Shown piece by piece: positions 22,193 through 30,374 of a stretch of 64,000 nucleotides of DNA. How positions within the stretch are numbered: position 1 is the first letter of the stretch; every line of letters begins with the position of its first letter. The stretch spans positions 96,001 to 160,000 of the forward strand of contig CAVYTA010000007.1 of the NCBI GenBank assembly GCA_963771355.1, in the 5' to 3' direction. The notes below the pieces were generated by a model. The model was given only the letters and a program-made list of their open reading frames with translations, searched no databases and was not told the origin of the DNA. Source of the DNA: an uncultured Candidatus Rokubacteria bacterium. Lineage in GTDB: Bacteria; Methylomirabilota; Methylomirabilia; Rokubacteriales; CSP1-6. A program made the position numbers and the translations under genes.

Positions 22193-23470
22193 TCAGACGG
22201 GAAGCGCGTTGATCTGTCGGGCCAGGTCCTCCATCGCGGCCCGGCCGGGCTTCTGCGCGATGTAGACGCTCTCGATCACCGGCCGGGTGAGGTTCTCGGC
22301 GGCCACCCAGCGTGGGCTCGACTGGCCGACCTGCCAGTTCGCGCCCTGGGACATGAGCACACGGAGCACGGGATCGGCGGCGATGCGCGGATCGCTGTGG
22401 GCCTTCCGCGACGCCGAGATCTGGCCGGCCTTGAGCGTCCACTCCGCCACGTGGTCGGTCATCCAGCGGATATGCGTCCAGGCCGCGTCGCGCTTGGCGG
22501 CGTCGGCGGCCTTGGGCTTGGGGAAGGTGAACTGATGCGGCATGGACCACACCACCGGCTGCTTGAAGAGCCGCGGCACCGGCGCCGCCGCGAACTCGAC
22601 CTTGGCCTCCCGGAGGCCGGTAAAGTTCCACGAGCCCGCGATCCACATGCCGAGCTTGCCGGCGATGAAGGCGTCGCGGCAGCTCGCATTGGCGGGGGGC
22701 GCGATCTTGAGCGGCCCGAAGAGATTGCCCCAGAACTCGGCCACCTCGATGGCGGCGGGGTCGGCGAGCGCCGAGCGCTTGAGATCGGACGTGAAGACAT
22801 TGGCGCCGTTCTGCCAGAGGAGGTTGTGGAAGCCCCAGGTGTACCGGCCCGGCGCCACCGTCCCGATGGCGACGCCGAAGCTGTCGCCCTTGGACATGGC
22901 TTTCGCCATCGCGATGAGCTCGTCGCGGCTGCCCGGCACCTTGGGCCGCCCGTCGGGGCCCACGAGGCCGGCTTCCTTCATCACCTTCACGTTGAGATAA
23001 AGGACGTGCTGCGGGACGTCGAGCGCGATGGAGTAGCGCTTGCCCTCGTAGGTGCCGCCCTGCCAGGTGGCCGGCAGATAGTCGGGGGCGCGGAAGCCCT
23101 TGTTCCCGAGCACCCCCTCGTCGATCACTTCCAGGACCCCGTCGCTGGCGAAGTGCGGCACCTCGACGGTGTGGATCAGCGCCAGGTCGGGCCCTTCGCC
23201 GGCCGGCACCGACACTTGCAGCTTCGCGTAGAGGTCCGCCCAGGGGATGCGCTGCTGCTCGATCTTGATGCCGGTCTCGCGCGTGAACTGGTCGATGAGC
23301 TCGTCCATCACCTTGCCGTCGGCGCCGGTGAGCCCGTTCCAGTAGGTGATGGTGGGCTTCGCCTGCGCGGCGGCGCGGCGCGTGCCGCCCGCCAGCCAGG
23401 CCGCGCCGCTGGTGGCGGCGGCGCCGGCGATGAATTTCCGACGGCTCACTCCAGCGTGTCTCTCGCTCAT
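22193..23470 (-). CDS. Sugar ABC substrate-binding protein with Tat signal
   Basis: SRRKFI twin-arginine motif; family-1 SBP features (WNGLTGADG, GEGPDL). Confidence 0.9.
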   Translation of the reverse strand: MSERHAGVSRRKFIAGAAATSGAAWLAGGTRRAAAQAKPTITYWNGLTGADGKVMDELIDQFTRETGIKIEQQRIPWADLYAKLQVSVPAGEGPDLALIHTVEVPHFASDGVLEVIDEGVLGNKGFRAPDYLPATWQGGTYEGKRYSIALDVPQHVLYLNVKVMKEAGLVGPDGRPKVPGSRDELIAMAKAMSKGDSFGVAIGTVAPGRYTWGFHNLLWQNGANVFTSDLKRSALADPAAIEVAEFWGNLFGPLKIAPPANASCRDAFIAGKLGMWIAGSWNFTGLREAKVEFAAAPVPRLFKQPVVWSMPHQFTFPKPKAADAAKRDAAWTHIRWMTDHVAEWTLKAGQISASRKAHSDPRIAADPVLRVLMSQGANWQVGQSSPRWVAAENLTRPVIESVYIAQKPGRAAMEDLARQINALPV

Positions 23471-23521
23471 GACGCCTCCCTTGGCGCGGTGGAACGCGGA
23501 TCGGCTCGCTCGCCGGCCCCG

Positions 23522-23591
23522 ACTCTAGGCGCTCCCTTGCGGCCTGTCAAACCCCCCCCGCGTTGACAGGGCGGGGGCGGGCCCCTAGACT
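23522..23591. promoter_or_regulatory. Back-to-back sigma70-type promoters
   Basis: Plus strand: TTGACA(23563)-N17-TAGACT(23586). Minus strand: TTGACA(23550)-N17-TAGAGT(23527). Confidence 0.75.
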
Positions 23592-23639
23592 CCGCGGCGC
23601 GGAGACTACCCGGCGGACGATCGAGAAGGAGAGCGCTTC

Positions 23640-25139
23640 ATGGGACGCATCGGCATCGACCTCGCGCGGCGCATCGGCGCCGTGGACCGGCGGATCTTCG
23701 GCAACTTCATCGAGCATCTCGGCCGCTGCATCTACGGCGGGATCTACGACGAGGGCTCGCCGCTGAGCGACGCGCGGGGGTTTCGCAAGGACGTGCTGGA
23801 GGCGGTGCGCCCGCTCCGGGTGCCGCTCCTCCGCTGGCCCGGCGGCAACTTCGTCAGCGGCTATCACTGGCTGGATGGCGTGGGCCCCAAGGATCAGCGC
23901 CCCCGGCGCACCGAGCTCGCGTGGTACGCGGAAGAGTCGAACCGGTTCGGGACGCTCGAGTTCATCGAATACTGCCGCGAGATCAAGGCCGAGCCCTTCA
24001 TCTGCGTCAACATGGGCTCGGGCACCATGGACGAGGCCCAGGCCTGGGTCGAGTACTGCAATGGCACGGGCAATACCTCGTGGGCGAATCTCCGCCGCCA
24101 GCACGGCCACCCGGCGCCGCTCGGCGTCAAGTACTGGGGGCTGGGCAATGAGATGTACGGGAGCTGGCAGATCGGGAACCTCAACGCGCACGACTACGTG
24201 AAGAAGGCGCGATCCTTCGCGACCGTCATGAAGCGCACCGATCCGTCCATCCAGCTCATCGGCTGCGGCCAGAACGGGTGGAATGACTGGGACGAGATCG
24301 TCCTCGGCGGGCTCGCCGATCTGATCGACTTCCACAGCATACACCTCTACACGGGCAGCGCCGACCACTACACCACGGTGTTCCAGTCGCATCAGGCGGA
24401 GCGGGCGGTGCGCATCTGCGCGGCCCTCATCGAGCGGGTCCGCGCCGCGCAGCAGATCGCGCATCCCATCGCCATCGCCTTCGACGAGTGGAACGTGTGG
24501 TACCGCACGCGGAGCCACGAGGATCGGGTGGGCGGCGTGGAGGAGCGCTACAACCTCACGGACGCGCTCGCCATCGCGACCTATCTCAACGGCTTCATCC
24601 GACACTGCGACACCGTGAAGATCGCCAACTTCGCCCAGCTCGTGAACGCCATCGCCCCCATCTTCACGAGCCCGCAGGGGCTGTTCCTCCAGACCATCTA
24701 TCATCCGCTCCGGCTCTACGCCGAGCATCTGCTCGAGTTCGGCCTCGACGTCCACGTGAGCGGCGAGACCTACGACCTGCCGCCCGCCCAGGAAACGGGG
24801 AGCGTCGGCCGGGTCCACCACGTGTCGGATCTCGGGCCCTTCGCCTTCCTCGACGCCGCCGCCACCTGCGACGCCGCCGGCCGGAAGGTCACCCTGGCGG
24901 TGGTGAACCGGGACCGCGATCGGGCCCATGCCGCCACCGTCGATCTGGGCGGGGCGGTAGCCACCGGAGGCCTCTCCGTGACCGAGGTGAACGGGCCCGA
25001 CGTCGGCGCGACCAACTCCTTCGCGGAGCCGCGGCGGGTGGACGCGCGGGAGCGCCGGGTGGAGCGGGGCGGGGGGCGGTTCGACTACGAGTTCCCTCCC
25101 CATTCGATCACGGTGATGCGGTTCGCGGTGACTTCCTGA
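23640..25139 (+). CDS. abfA: Alpha-L-arabinofuranosidase, GH51
   Basis: FIEHLGRCIYGG, LRWPGGNF, WGLGNEMYG (acid/base), AFDEWNVW (nucleophile). Confidence 0.93.
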   Translation: MGRIGIDLARRIGAVDRRIFGNFIEHLGRCIYGGIYDEGSPLSDARGFRKDVLEAVRPLRVPLLRWPGGNFVSGYHWLDGVGPKDQRPRRTELAWYAEESNRFGTLEFIEYCREIKAEPFICVNMGSGTMDEAQAWVEYCNGTGNTSWANLRRQHGHPAPLGVKYWGLGNEMYGSWQIGNLNAHDYVKKARSFATVMKRTDPSIQLIGCGQNGWNDWDEIVLGGLADLIDFHSIHLYTGSADHYTTVFQSHQAERAVRICAALIERVRAAQQIAHPIAIAFDEWNVWYRTRSHEDRVGGVEERYNLTDALAIATYLNGFIRHCDTVKIANFAQLVNAIAPIFTSPQGLFLQTIYHPLRLYAEHLLEFGLDVHVSGETYDLPPAQETGSVGRVHHVSDLGPFAFLDAAATCDAAGRKVTLAVVNRDRDRAHAATVDLGGAVATGGLSVTEVNGPDVGATNSFAEPRRVDARERRVERGGGRFDYEFPPHSITVMRFAVTS

Positions 25140-25230
25140 CCCGGTCGCGACGCCCCGGGGCGCACGTTGACAACCCCCGGGGCAGCGCGTAGGGTAAGGA
25201 CGCGTCAGGTAAAGGAAAGGAGCACCAACG

Positions 25231-25419
25231 ATGTTCGGTCTTGGGTATCAAGAGCTGCTGCTGATCCTGGTGATCGTGCTGATACTGTTCGGGGCTCAGC
25301 GTCTGCCCGATCTCGCGCGCTCGCTCGGCTCGAGCGTGAAGGAGTTCAAGAAAGGCGTCACCGAGCTGAACAAGGACGATAGTGCGGCGGCGAAGAAGGA
25401 CGACGAGAAGAAGGCCTGA
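25231..25419 (+). CDS. tatA: Twin-arginine translocase TatA
   Basis: MFGLGYQELLLIL...LFGAQRLPDLARSLGSSVKEFKK. Upstream TTGACA-N17-TAGGGT and an AAGGAG SD. Confidence 0.95.
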   Translation: MFGLGYQELLLILVIVLILFGAQRLPDLARSLGSSVKEFKKGVTELNKDDSAAAKKDDEKKA

Positions 25420-25457
25420 CCTCGCCCGCCCAGTAGACGCCCTTCCCGTCGCCCCCG

Positions 25458-26414
25458 ATGCCCGCTGACCGCTACGCCGTAGGGATAGACCTCGGCGGGA
25501 GCAAGCTGCGTGGCGGGCTCCTCTCCGAATCGGGCCAGCTGGTGGCGCGCGTCGAGACGCACACCGAGGCCTGGAAGGGGACCGCCAGCGTCCTCGCCAA
25601 CCTCAAGCGCATCGTCGCCGAGCTGCTGGACTCCACCGACCGCTCCCGCGTGACCGGCATCGGCATCGCCGCCGCAGGGCAGATCCATCCTCAGACCCAC
25701 GCCGTCGTCTACGCGCCCAATCTGCAGTGGACCAATGTCCCGCTGCGCGACGAGATCGAGTCCCACTTCGGCATGGCCACCTACGTGGAGAACGATGTGC
25801 GCGCCGCCGCGTGGGGCGAGTATCGCTTCGGGGTGGGGCGCGGCGTGCGCAGCCTCATCGCGGTGTTCGTGGGCACCGGGGTGGGCTCCGGCGCGGTGAT
25901 GGACGGCCTCTTGCTGCGCGGCTTCAACAACGCCGCCGGCGAGGTGGGGCACACGCAGGTGGTGGTGGACGGCCTGCCCTGTCCCTGCGGGCAGCGCGGC
26001 TGCGTGGAAGCCTATGCCTCCGGGAGCGGCTTCATCCGGCGGCTCCAGACCGCGCTCGACGAGAAGACCCCCACCGTGCTGGCCCAGGAGACGGGGGGCG
26101 ATGCCTCGCGGCTCACCGCGGTCCTGGTGGCGCGCGCGGCCGCCGCCGGCGACCCGTATGCCGCGTCGCTATGGGATGACGCCCTGCGATATCTGGGCGC
26201 CGCGCTCGCCAACTACGTCACCCTGCTCAACCCCGAGATCCTCGTCCTGGGCGGCGGCGTGATGCTGACCGTGCCCTCGCTGGCCGAGGCCCTCACCGAG
26301 CGCGTCCGTCGGCACGCCACCATGATGTCGCGCGATCTCCGCGTGGTGCGCGCCGGGCTCGGCGACTCCGCCGGCATCTTCGGCGCCGCCGATCGCGTGT
26401 GGCGCCAGGAGTGA
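25458..26414 (+). CDS. ROK family sugar kinase (glucokinase-like)
   Basis: GIDLGGS, ENDVRAAA, GEVGH, CPCGQRGCVE. Confidence 0.92.
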   Translation: MPADRYAVGIDLGGSKLRGGLLSESGQLVARVETHTEAWKGTASVLANLKRIVAELLDSTDRSRVTGIGIAAAGQIHPQTHAVVYAPNLQWTNVPLRDEIESHFGMATYVENDVRAAAWGEYRFGVGRGVRSLIAVFVGTGVGSGAVMDGLLLRGFNNAAGEVGHTQVVVDGLPCPCGQRGCVEAYASGSGFIRRLQTALDEKTPTVLAQETGGDASRLTAVLVARAAAAGDPYAASLWDDALRYLGAALANYVTLLNPEILVLGGGVMLTVPSLAEALTERVRRHATMMSRDLRVVRAGLGDSAGIFGAADRVWRQE

Positions 26415-28060
26415 GGGCCCTGGCGGCGCGGGTGCGCGCGTGGCGGCCCCTCCAGGGCCCCGCGCTGGACGTGGTGGTCTCGGTCGGGCTCGCGCTGGTC
26501 ACCCTCGCCTCGCGCTGGCCGTACCGCGCCCGCATGCTCTACAACTGGGACGCGGTGCAGTTCGCGCTCGCGCTGCGCGAGTTCGACATCGCCAAGCATC
26601 AGCCGCATCCGCCGGGCTACGTGCTCTATGTGGGGCTGGGCCGCCTGGTGAACGCGACCCTCGGCGATCCGACCCAGGCCTACGTCACCCTCGCGATGGT
26701 GTTCAGCGCGGCCACCACCTTCACCGTGTACTGGCTGGCGCGCGCGCTCTACGACCGGGTCACCGCCGCCGCGGCGGGCGCGCTCCTCGCGGTGAGCCCG
26801 CTCTTCTGGTTCTACGGCTCGGTGGGGCTCACCTATGCGGGCGAGGCCTTCGGCGCTTCGCTGATGGCGCTGCTGGCCTATCGCACCCTCGCCGGCAGCG
26901 TTCCCCACCTCTACGTGGGCGCCGTCTGTCTGGGCCTCGCGGGCGGGCTGCGCCAGTCCGTGCTCGTCCTCCTCTTCCCGCTCTGCGCGGCCTGCGCGGT
27001 GCGGGGCGTGCGGTCCCGCGCGCGGCTTACCGCCGCCGCCGCGATCCTGGTGGCCGCGGTGCTGGCCTGGTTCCTTCCCCTGGTGTGGCTCTCCGGCGGC
27101 TGGACGGCCTATCTCCGCGCCTCCACCGAGCTGTACGGCTCCACCCTGGTCCCGACCTCGCTGCTGGGCGGAGACCTCGAGACCACCTTCCGACAGGCGC
27201 GCTACGTGCTCGAGTCGGTGCTGGTCGGCCTGGGGCCGCTCGCCATCGCGCTGGGCGCCTTGCCCTTCTACGCGCGCCGCCGCGGCTGGGCCACCCGCGA
27301 GTGGTTCCTCGTGACGTGGGTGGCGCCGCCCCTGGCCTTCTACACCCTGGTGCATTTCGGGCAGGCGGGCTACGTGCTGACCATCCTGCCCGCGCTCGTC
27401 ATCCTGCTGAGCGGCGCGGTGGTGGAGCTGGTCACCGCCGGCGCCGAGCGGCTCCGCCGCCCGCAGTGGCGCTGGGCGCTGACCCTCGCCGCGGTCGCCC
27501 CGCTGCTCCTCATCAATACCGGCTTCTTCGTGAGCGCGCGCCCGGAGCCGCGCGAGTTCGACCACCGGGCCGGGGACACCTGGGTCTCGCGGGCCCGCGA
27601 CGAGGCGCATGACTGGATCCTCTCGCGCACGGCGGCGGCCTTACGCGAGCACGAGGCGGTGCTCCGTACCTATGTGGAGACCATTCGCGCGGTCTACGAC
27701 GGCGAGGACACCGCGCTCCTCACCGAGCTGGGCAATCCGCGCTCCTATCCCTGGCTGCGCCACGCGATGTTCTACCTGCCCGAGTACCCGATCTACCAGC
27801 TCTACCTCCGCGCGGAGCCGCCGGGGTTCTACTCGTCCCAGTCGTCGGCGGCCATGACCCTGACGCCGGGGACCACCCTCACGGTGCCCAGTCGGGTGCG
27901 CCAGCTCGTCTGGTTCGTGGACCACTGGGACCCGGAGATGCCGCGGCCGCGCGGGCTGCTCGAGATCCAGCTCGCCTACGGGCGCTTCCTCTACGTGCTG
28001 CCGCTGGGCCGCCGTCCGGTCGAGCACGCCGGCTACACCTTCGTCCGCGACACCCGGTAG
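26411..28060 (+). CDS. GT-C-like polytopic membrane glycosyltransferase (DUF2723/PMT-like)
   Basis: WDAVQF...HQPHPPGYVLY in the first loop, multiple TMs, soluble C-terminus. Confidence 0.7.
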   Translation: MRALAARVRAWRPLQGPALDVVVSVGLALVTLASRWPYRARMLYNWDAVQFALALREFDIAKHQPHPPGYVLYVGLGRLVNATLGDPTQAYVTLAMVFSAATTFTVYWLARALYDRVTAAAAGALLAVSPLFWFYGSVGLTYAGEAFGASLMALLAYRTLAGSVPHLYVGAVCLGLAGGLRQSVLVLLFPLCAACAVRGVRSRARLTAAAAILVAAVLAWFLPLVWLSGGWTAYLRASTELYGSTLVPTSLLGGDLETTFRQARYVLESVLVGLGPLAIALGALPFYARRRGWATREWFLVTWVAPPLAFYTLVHFGQAGYVLTILPALVILLSGAVVELVTAGAERLRRPQWRWALTLAAVAPLLLINTGFFVSARPEPREFDHRAGDTWVSRARDEAHDWILSRTAAALREHEAVLRTYVETIRAVYDGEDTALLTELGNPRSYPWLRHAMFYLPEYPIYQLYLRAEPPGFYSSQSSAAMTLTPGTTLTVPSRVRQLVWFVDHWDPEMPRPRGLLEIQLAYGRFLYVLPLGRRPVEHAGYTFVRDTR

Positions 28061-28064
28061 GGCC

Positions 28065-29627
28065 GTGGGCCGCCTCCGGCCAGCGTGGCTGCTCGCCGCC
28101 GCCCTGGTCCTGGGCCTCGGCGTCTTCCTCATCCGCGAGCAGCAGCTCGCCGGCGTGTCGGGGTTTCCCCTGGACGACTCGTGGATCCACTTGCAGTTCG
28201 CGCGAAACCTCGCGGAAGGCCAGGGCTTCGCCTATAACCCCGGCGTGCCGGTGTCGGGCTCTACCGCGCCGCTCTGGACCCTGCTCCTCGGGGCGCTCTT
28301 CCGCCTCGTGGGCAGCGAGCCGCTCATCGCCAAGGTGGTCGGGACGGCCGCCGCGCTGGCCGCCGCCTGGCTGGCCGCGCGTCTCACGCTCGAGTGGACG
28401 GCGGACCGCGGCGCCGCCGCCGTCGCCGGCATGCTCACCGCGCTGGCCGGTCCGGTGCTGTGGGGCGCGCTCTCGGGCATGGAGGTGACGCTCGCGGCGG
28501 CGCTGGTGACCGGCGGGCTCCTCGCCCATGTCACCGGCCGCGACCTCGCCGCCGCCACTCTCCTCGCGCTGGCCGTGCTCGCGCGGCCCGAGTCGGTGCT
28601 CGTCTTCGCGCTCGTCTGGGCCGCGGGATCCTGGTCGCCGCGCCGCGCCGCGATCTTCGCGCTGGCGCTCGCCGTCATCGTCGGACCCTGGGCCGCGTTC
28701 AACCTGGCCACCGTCGGCAGCCTGCTGCCGGCCACGGCGGCTGCGAAGATCGAGGGCGGCCTGGTCGGCGTCCTGTCCGGCCACCGCGAGTCCCTCGCGA
28801 GCACCTTCGGGACGCGTCCCTGGCGGTATTTCGTCGAGTGGGCGACCTGGCTGGCCACGGTCAACGCACTCTTCCCTCTCGTGATCCCGCCCGGATTGTG
28901 GCTGCTCTGGCGCCGCGGCGGCCGGCGGCTCCTGCTGCCGGGCACCGCGCTCATCCTCCACCCGCTCGCGATGGCGCTGCTGGCGCCCTATCGCGGGCCC
29001 GACTTCCAGGAAGGCCGCTACTCGATCCATCTCTTGCCGCTCGCCGCGGCGGTGGCCACGCTGCCGCTGGCCACCCTGACGGCGTGGGGTGCGGGGTCGA
29101 GCGCGCCGCGGGCCACGGCCCGGCAGCTCCCGCGTCTCCTCGCCGCGGGGCTCGTGGTCGCCGCGCTGGCCGGCCTCTGGCCCGCGGCCACCCGCTACGG
29201 CTGGGCGGTGCAGAACATCGAGGCCATGCAGGGACATCTCGGGCGCTGGGTCGCCGCGAACACGCCGCCCGACGCGCGCCTGGCGGTCAACGATGTCGGC
29301 GCCATCGGCTATCTCTCCCGGCGCGAGGTCGTGGACGTGATGGGGCTGGTGACACCCGCCATCCTGCCCTATCGGCGGGACGGTGAAGCCGGCGTGCTCC
29401 GCTATCTCGAGCGCGCGTGCCCGGACTACCTCATCGTCTTCCCCCGGTGGTTTCCACGCCTCACCGCGATGGTGGAGCGCTTCACGCCCATCTACCGGGT
29501 GGTGCTCGCGCGCAATACCACCGCCGGTGCCGAGGAGATGGTCGTGTACGAGACCATCTGGAACCGCGCGAGCCCGGCGCCGCGCCCCTGTCCCGGCGGT
29601 GCTCGCGCGTCTACAATGGCGTGGTGA
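28065..29627 (+). CDS. GT-C-like polytopic membrane protein
   Basis: PLDDSWIH..FARNLAEG.G..YNPG....GSTAPLW, SGME, ARPE, DVGAIGY, DVMGL. Confidence 0.7.
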   Translation: MGRLRPAWLLAAALVLGLGVFLIREQQLAGVSGFPLDDSWIHLQFARNLAEGQGFAYNPGVPVSGSTAPLWTLLLGALFRLVGSEPLIAKVVGTAAALAAAWLAARLTLEWTADRGAAAVAGMLTALAGPVLWGALSGMEVTLAAALVTGGLLAHVTGRDLAAATLLALAVLARPESVLVFALVWAAGSWSPRRAAIFALALAVIVGPWAAFNLATVGSLLPATAAAKIEGGLVGVLSGHRESLASTFGTRPWRYFVEWATWLATVNALFPLVIPPGLWLLWRRGGRRLLLPGTALILHPLAMALLAPYRGPDFQEGRYSIHLLPLAAAVATLPLATLTAWGAGSSAPRATARQLPRLLAAGLVVAALAGLWPAATRYGWAVQNIEAMQGHLGRWVAANTPPDARLAVNDVGAIGYLSRREVVDVMGLVTPAILPYRRDGEAGVLRYLERACPDYLIVFPRWFPRLTAMVERFTPIYRVVLARNTTAGAEEMVVYETIWNRASPAPRPCPGGARASTMAW

Positions 29628-29727
29628 TGTCGACTGATCGTCCTCGTCCCGTGCTGACGTCGTCCCGGACGGTGTAGGGGAACCCGGCGCCTCCATGCTA
29701 GTCTTGCCGTTCAAGGGAGGAACCGGC

Positions 29728-30348
29728 ATGCTACGGCTTCTGGTCGCCGCGACGACGGTCTCGGCCCTCGTTCTGTGCCTCGCCCCGGTGGCCTCCGCCC
29801 AGGTCTATCGCTGGATGGACGAGCAGGGGCGGGTGAACTACAGCCAGGGTCTGGACAGCGTCCCCGAGCGCTTCCGCTCCGGCGCGCAGTTCGTCACCTC
29901 GCCGGCGGCGCCCCCCGCCGCTGCGCCCCTGACCCCGCCGAGCCGGGCCGCGGGCGCCGTGGTGACGGGCGGCGGCACGCAGATCCGCTTCACGCCCGGC
30001 CAGGCCATCATGGTCAATGCGCGGATCAACGATGCGGGCAACGTGCGGCTGCTGCTCGACACCGGGGCCTCGGTCACCACGATCAACCCGCGGGTGCTCG
30101 CCCAGCTCGGCGTGTCGAGCCGCGACGCGGTGCGCGGCTCCATCCGCGGCGTGACCGGCCAGGCCGACACCCTCTTCGTGGTGGTGAACTCCATCGACGT
30201 CAACGGCGCCAAGACGGGTCCCATCCGCGTGGTGGCCCACGACGTGGATCTGGGCCAGAGCGATGGCCTGCTCGGTCGCGACTACCTCGACCGCTTCCAG
30301 GTCTCCATCGACAACCAGGCCGGCATCGTCACGCTGACTCCGCGGTAG
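29728..30348 (+). CDS. Secreted DUF4124 plus retropepsin-like aspartyl protease
   Basis: QVYRWMDEQGRVNY; LLDTGAS; DGLLGRDYL. Confidence 0.85.
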   Translation: MLRLLVAATTVSALVLCLAPVASAQVYRWMDEQGRVNYSQGLDSVPERFRSGAQFVTSPAAPPAAAPLTPPSRAAGAVVTGGGTQIRFTPGQAIMVNARINDAGNVRLLLDTGASVTTINPRVLAQLGVSSRDAVRGSIRGVTGQADTLFVVVNSIDVNGAKTGPIRVVAHDVDLGQSDGLLGRDYLDRFQVSIDNQAGIVTLTPR

Positions 30349-30374
30349 CCGGCCGGGCCCGGCTCCAATCGTTA

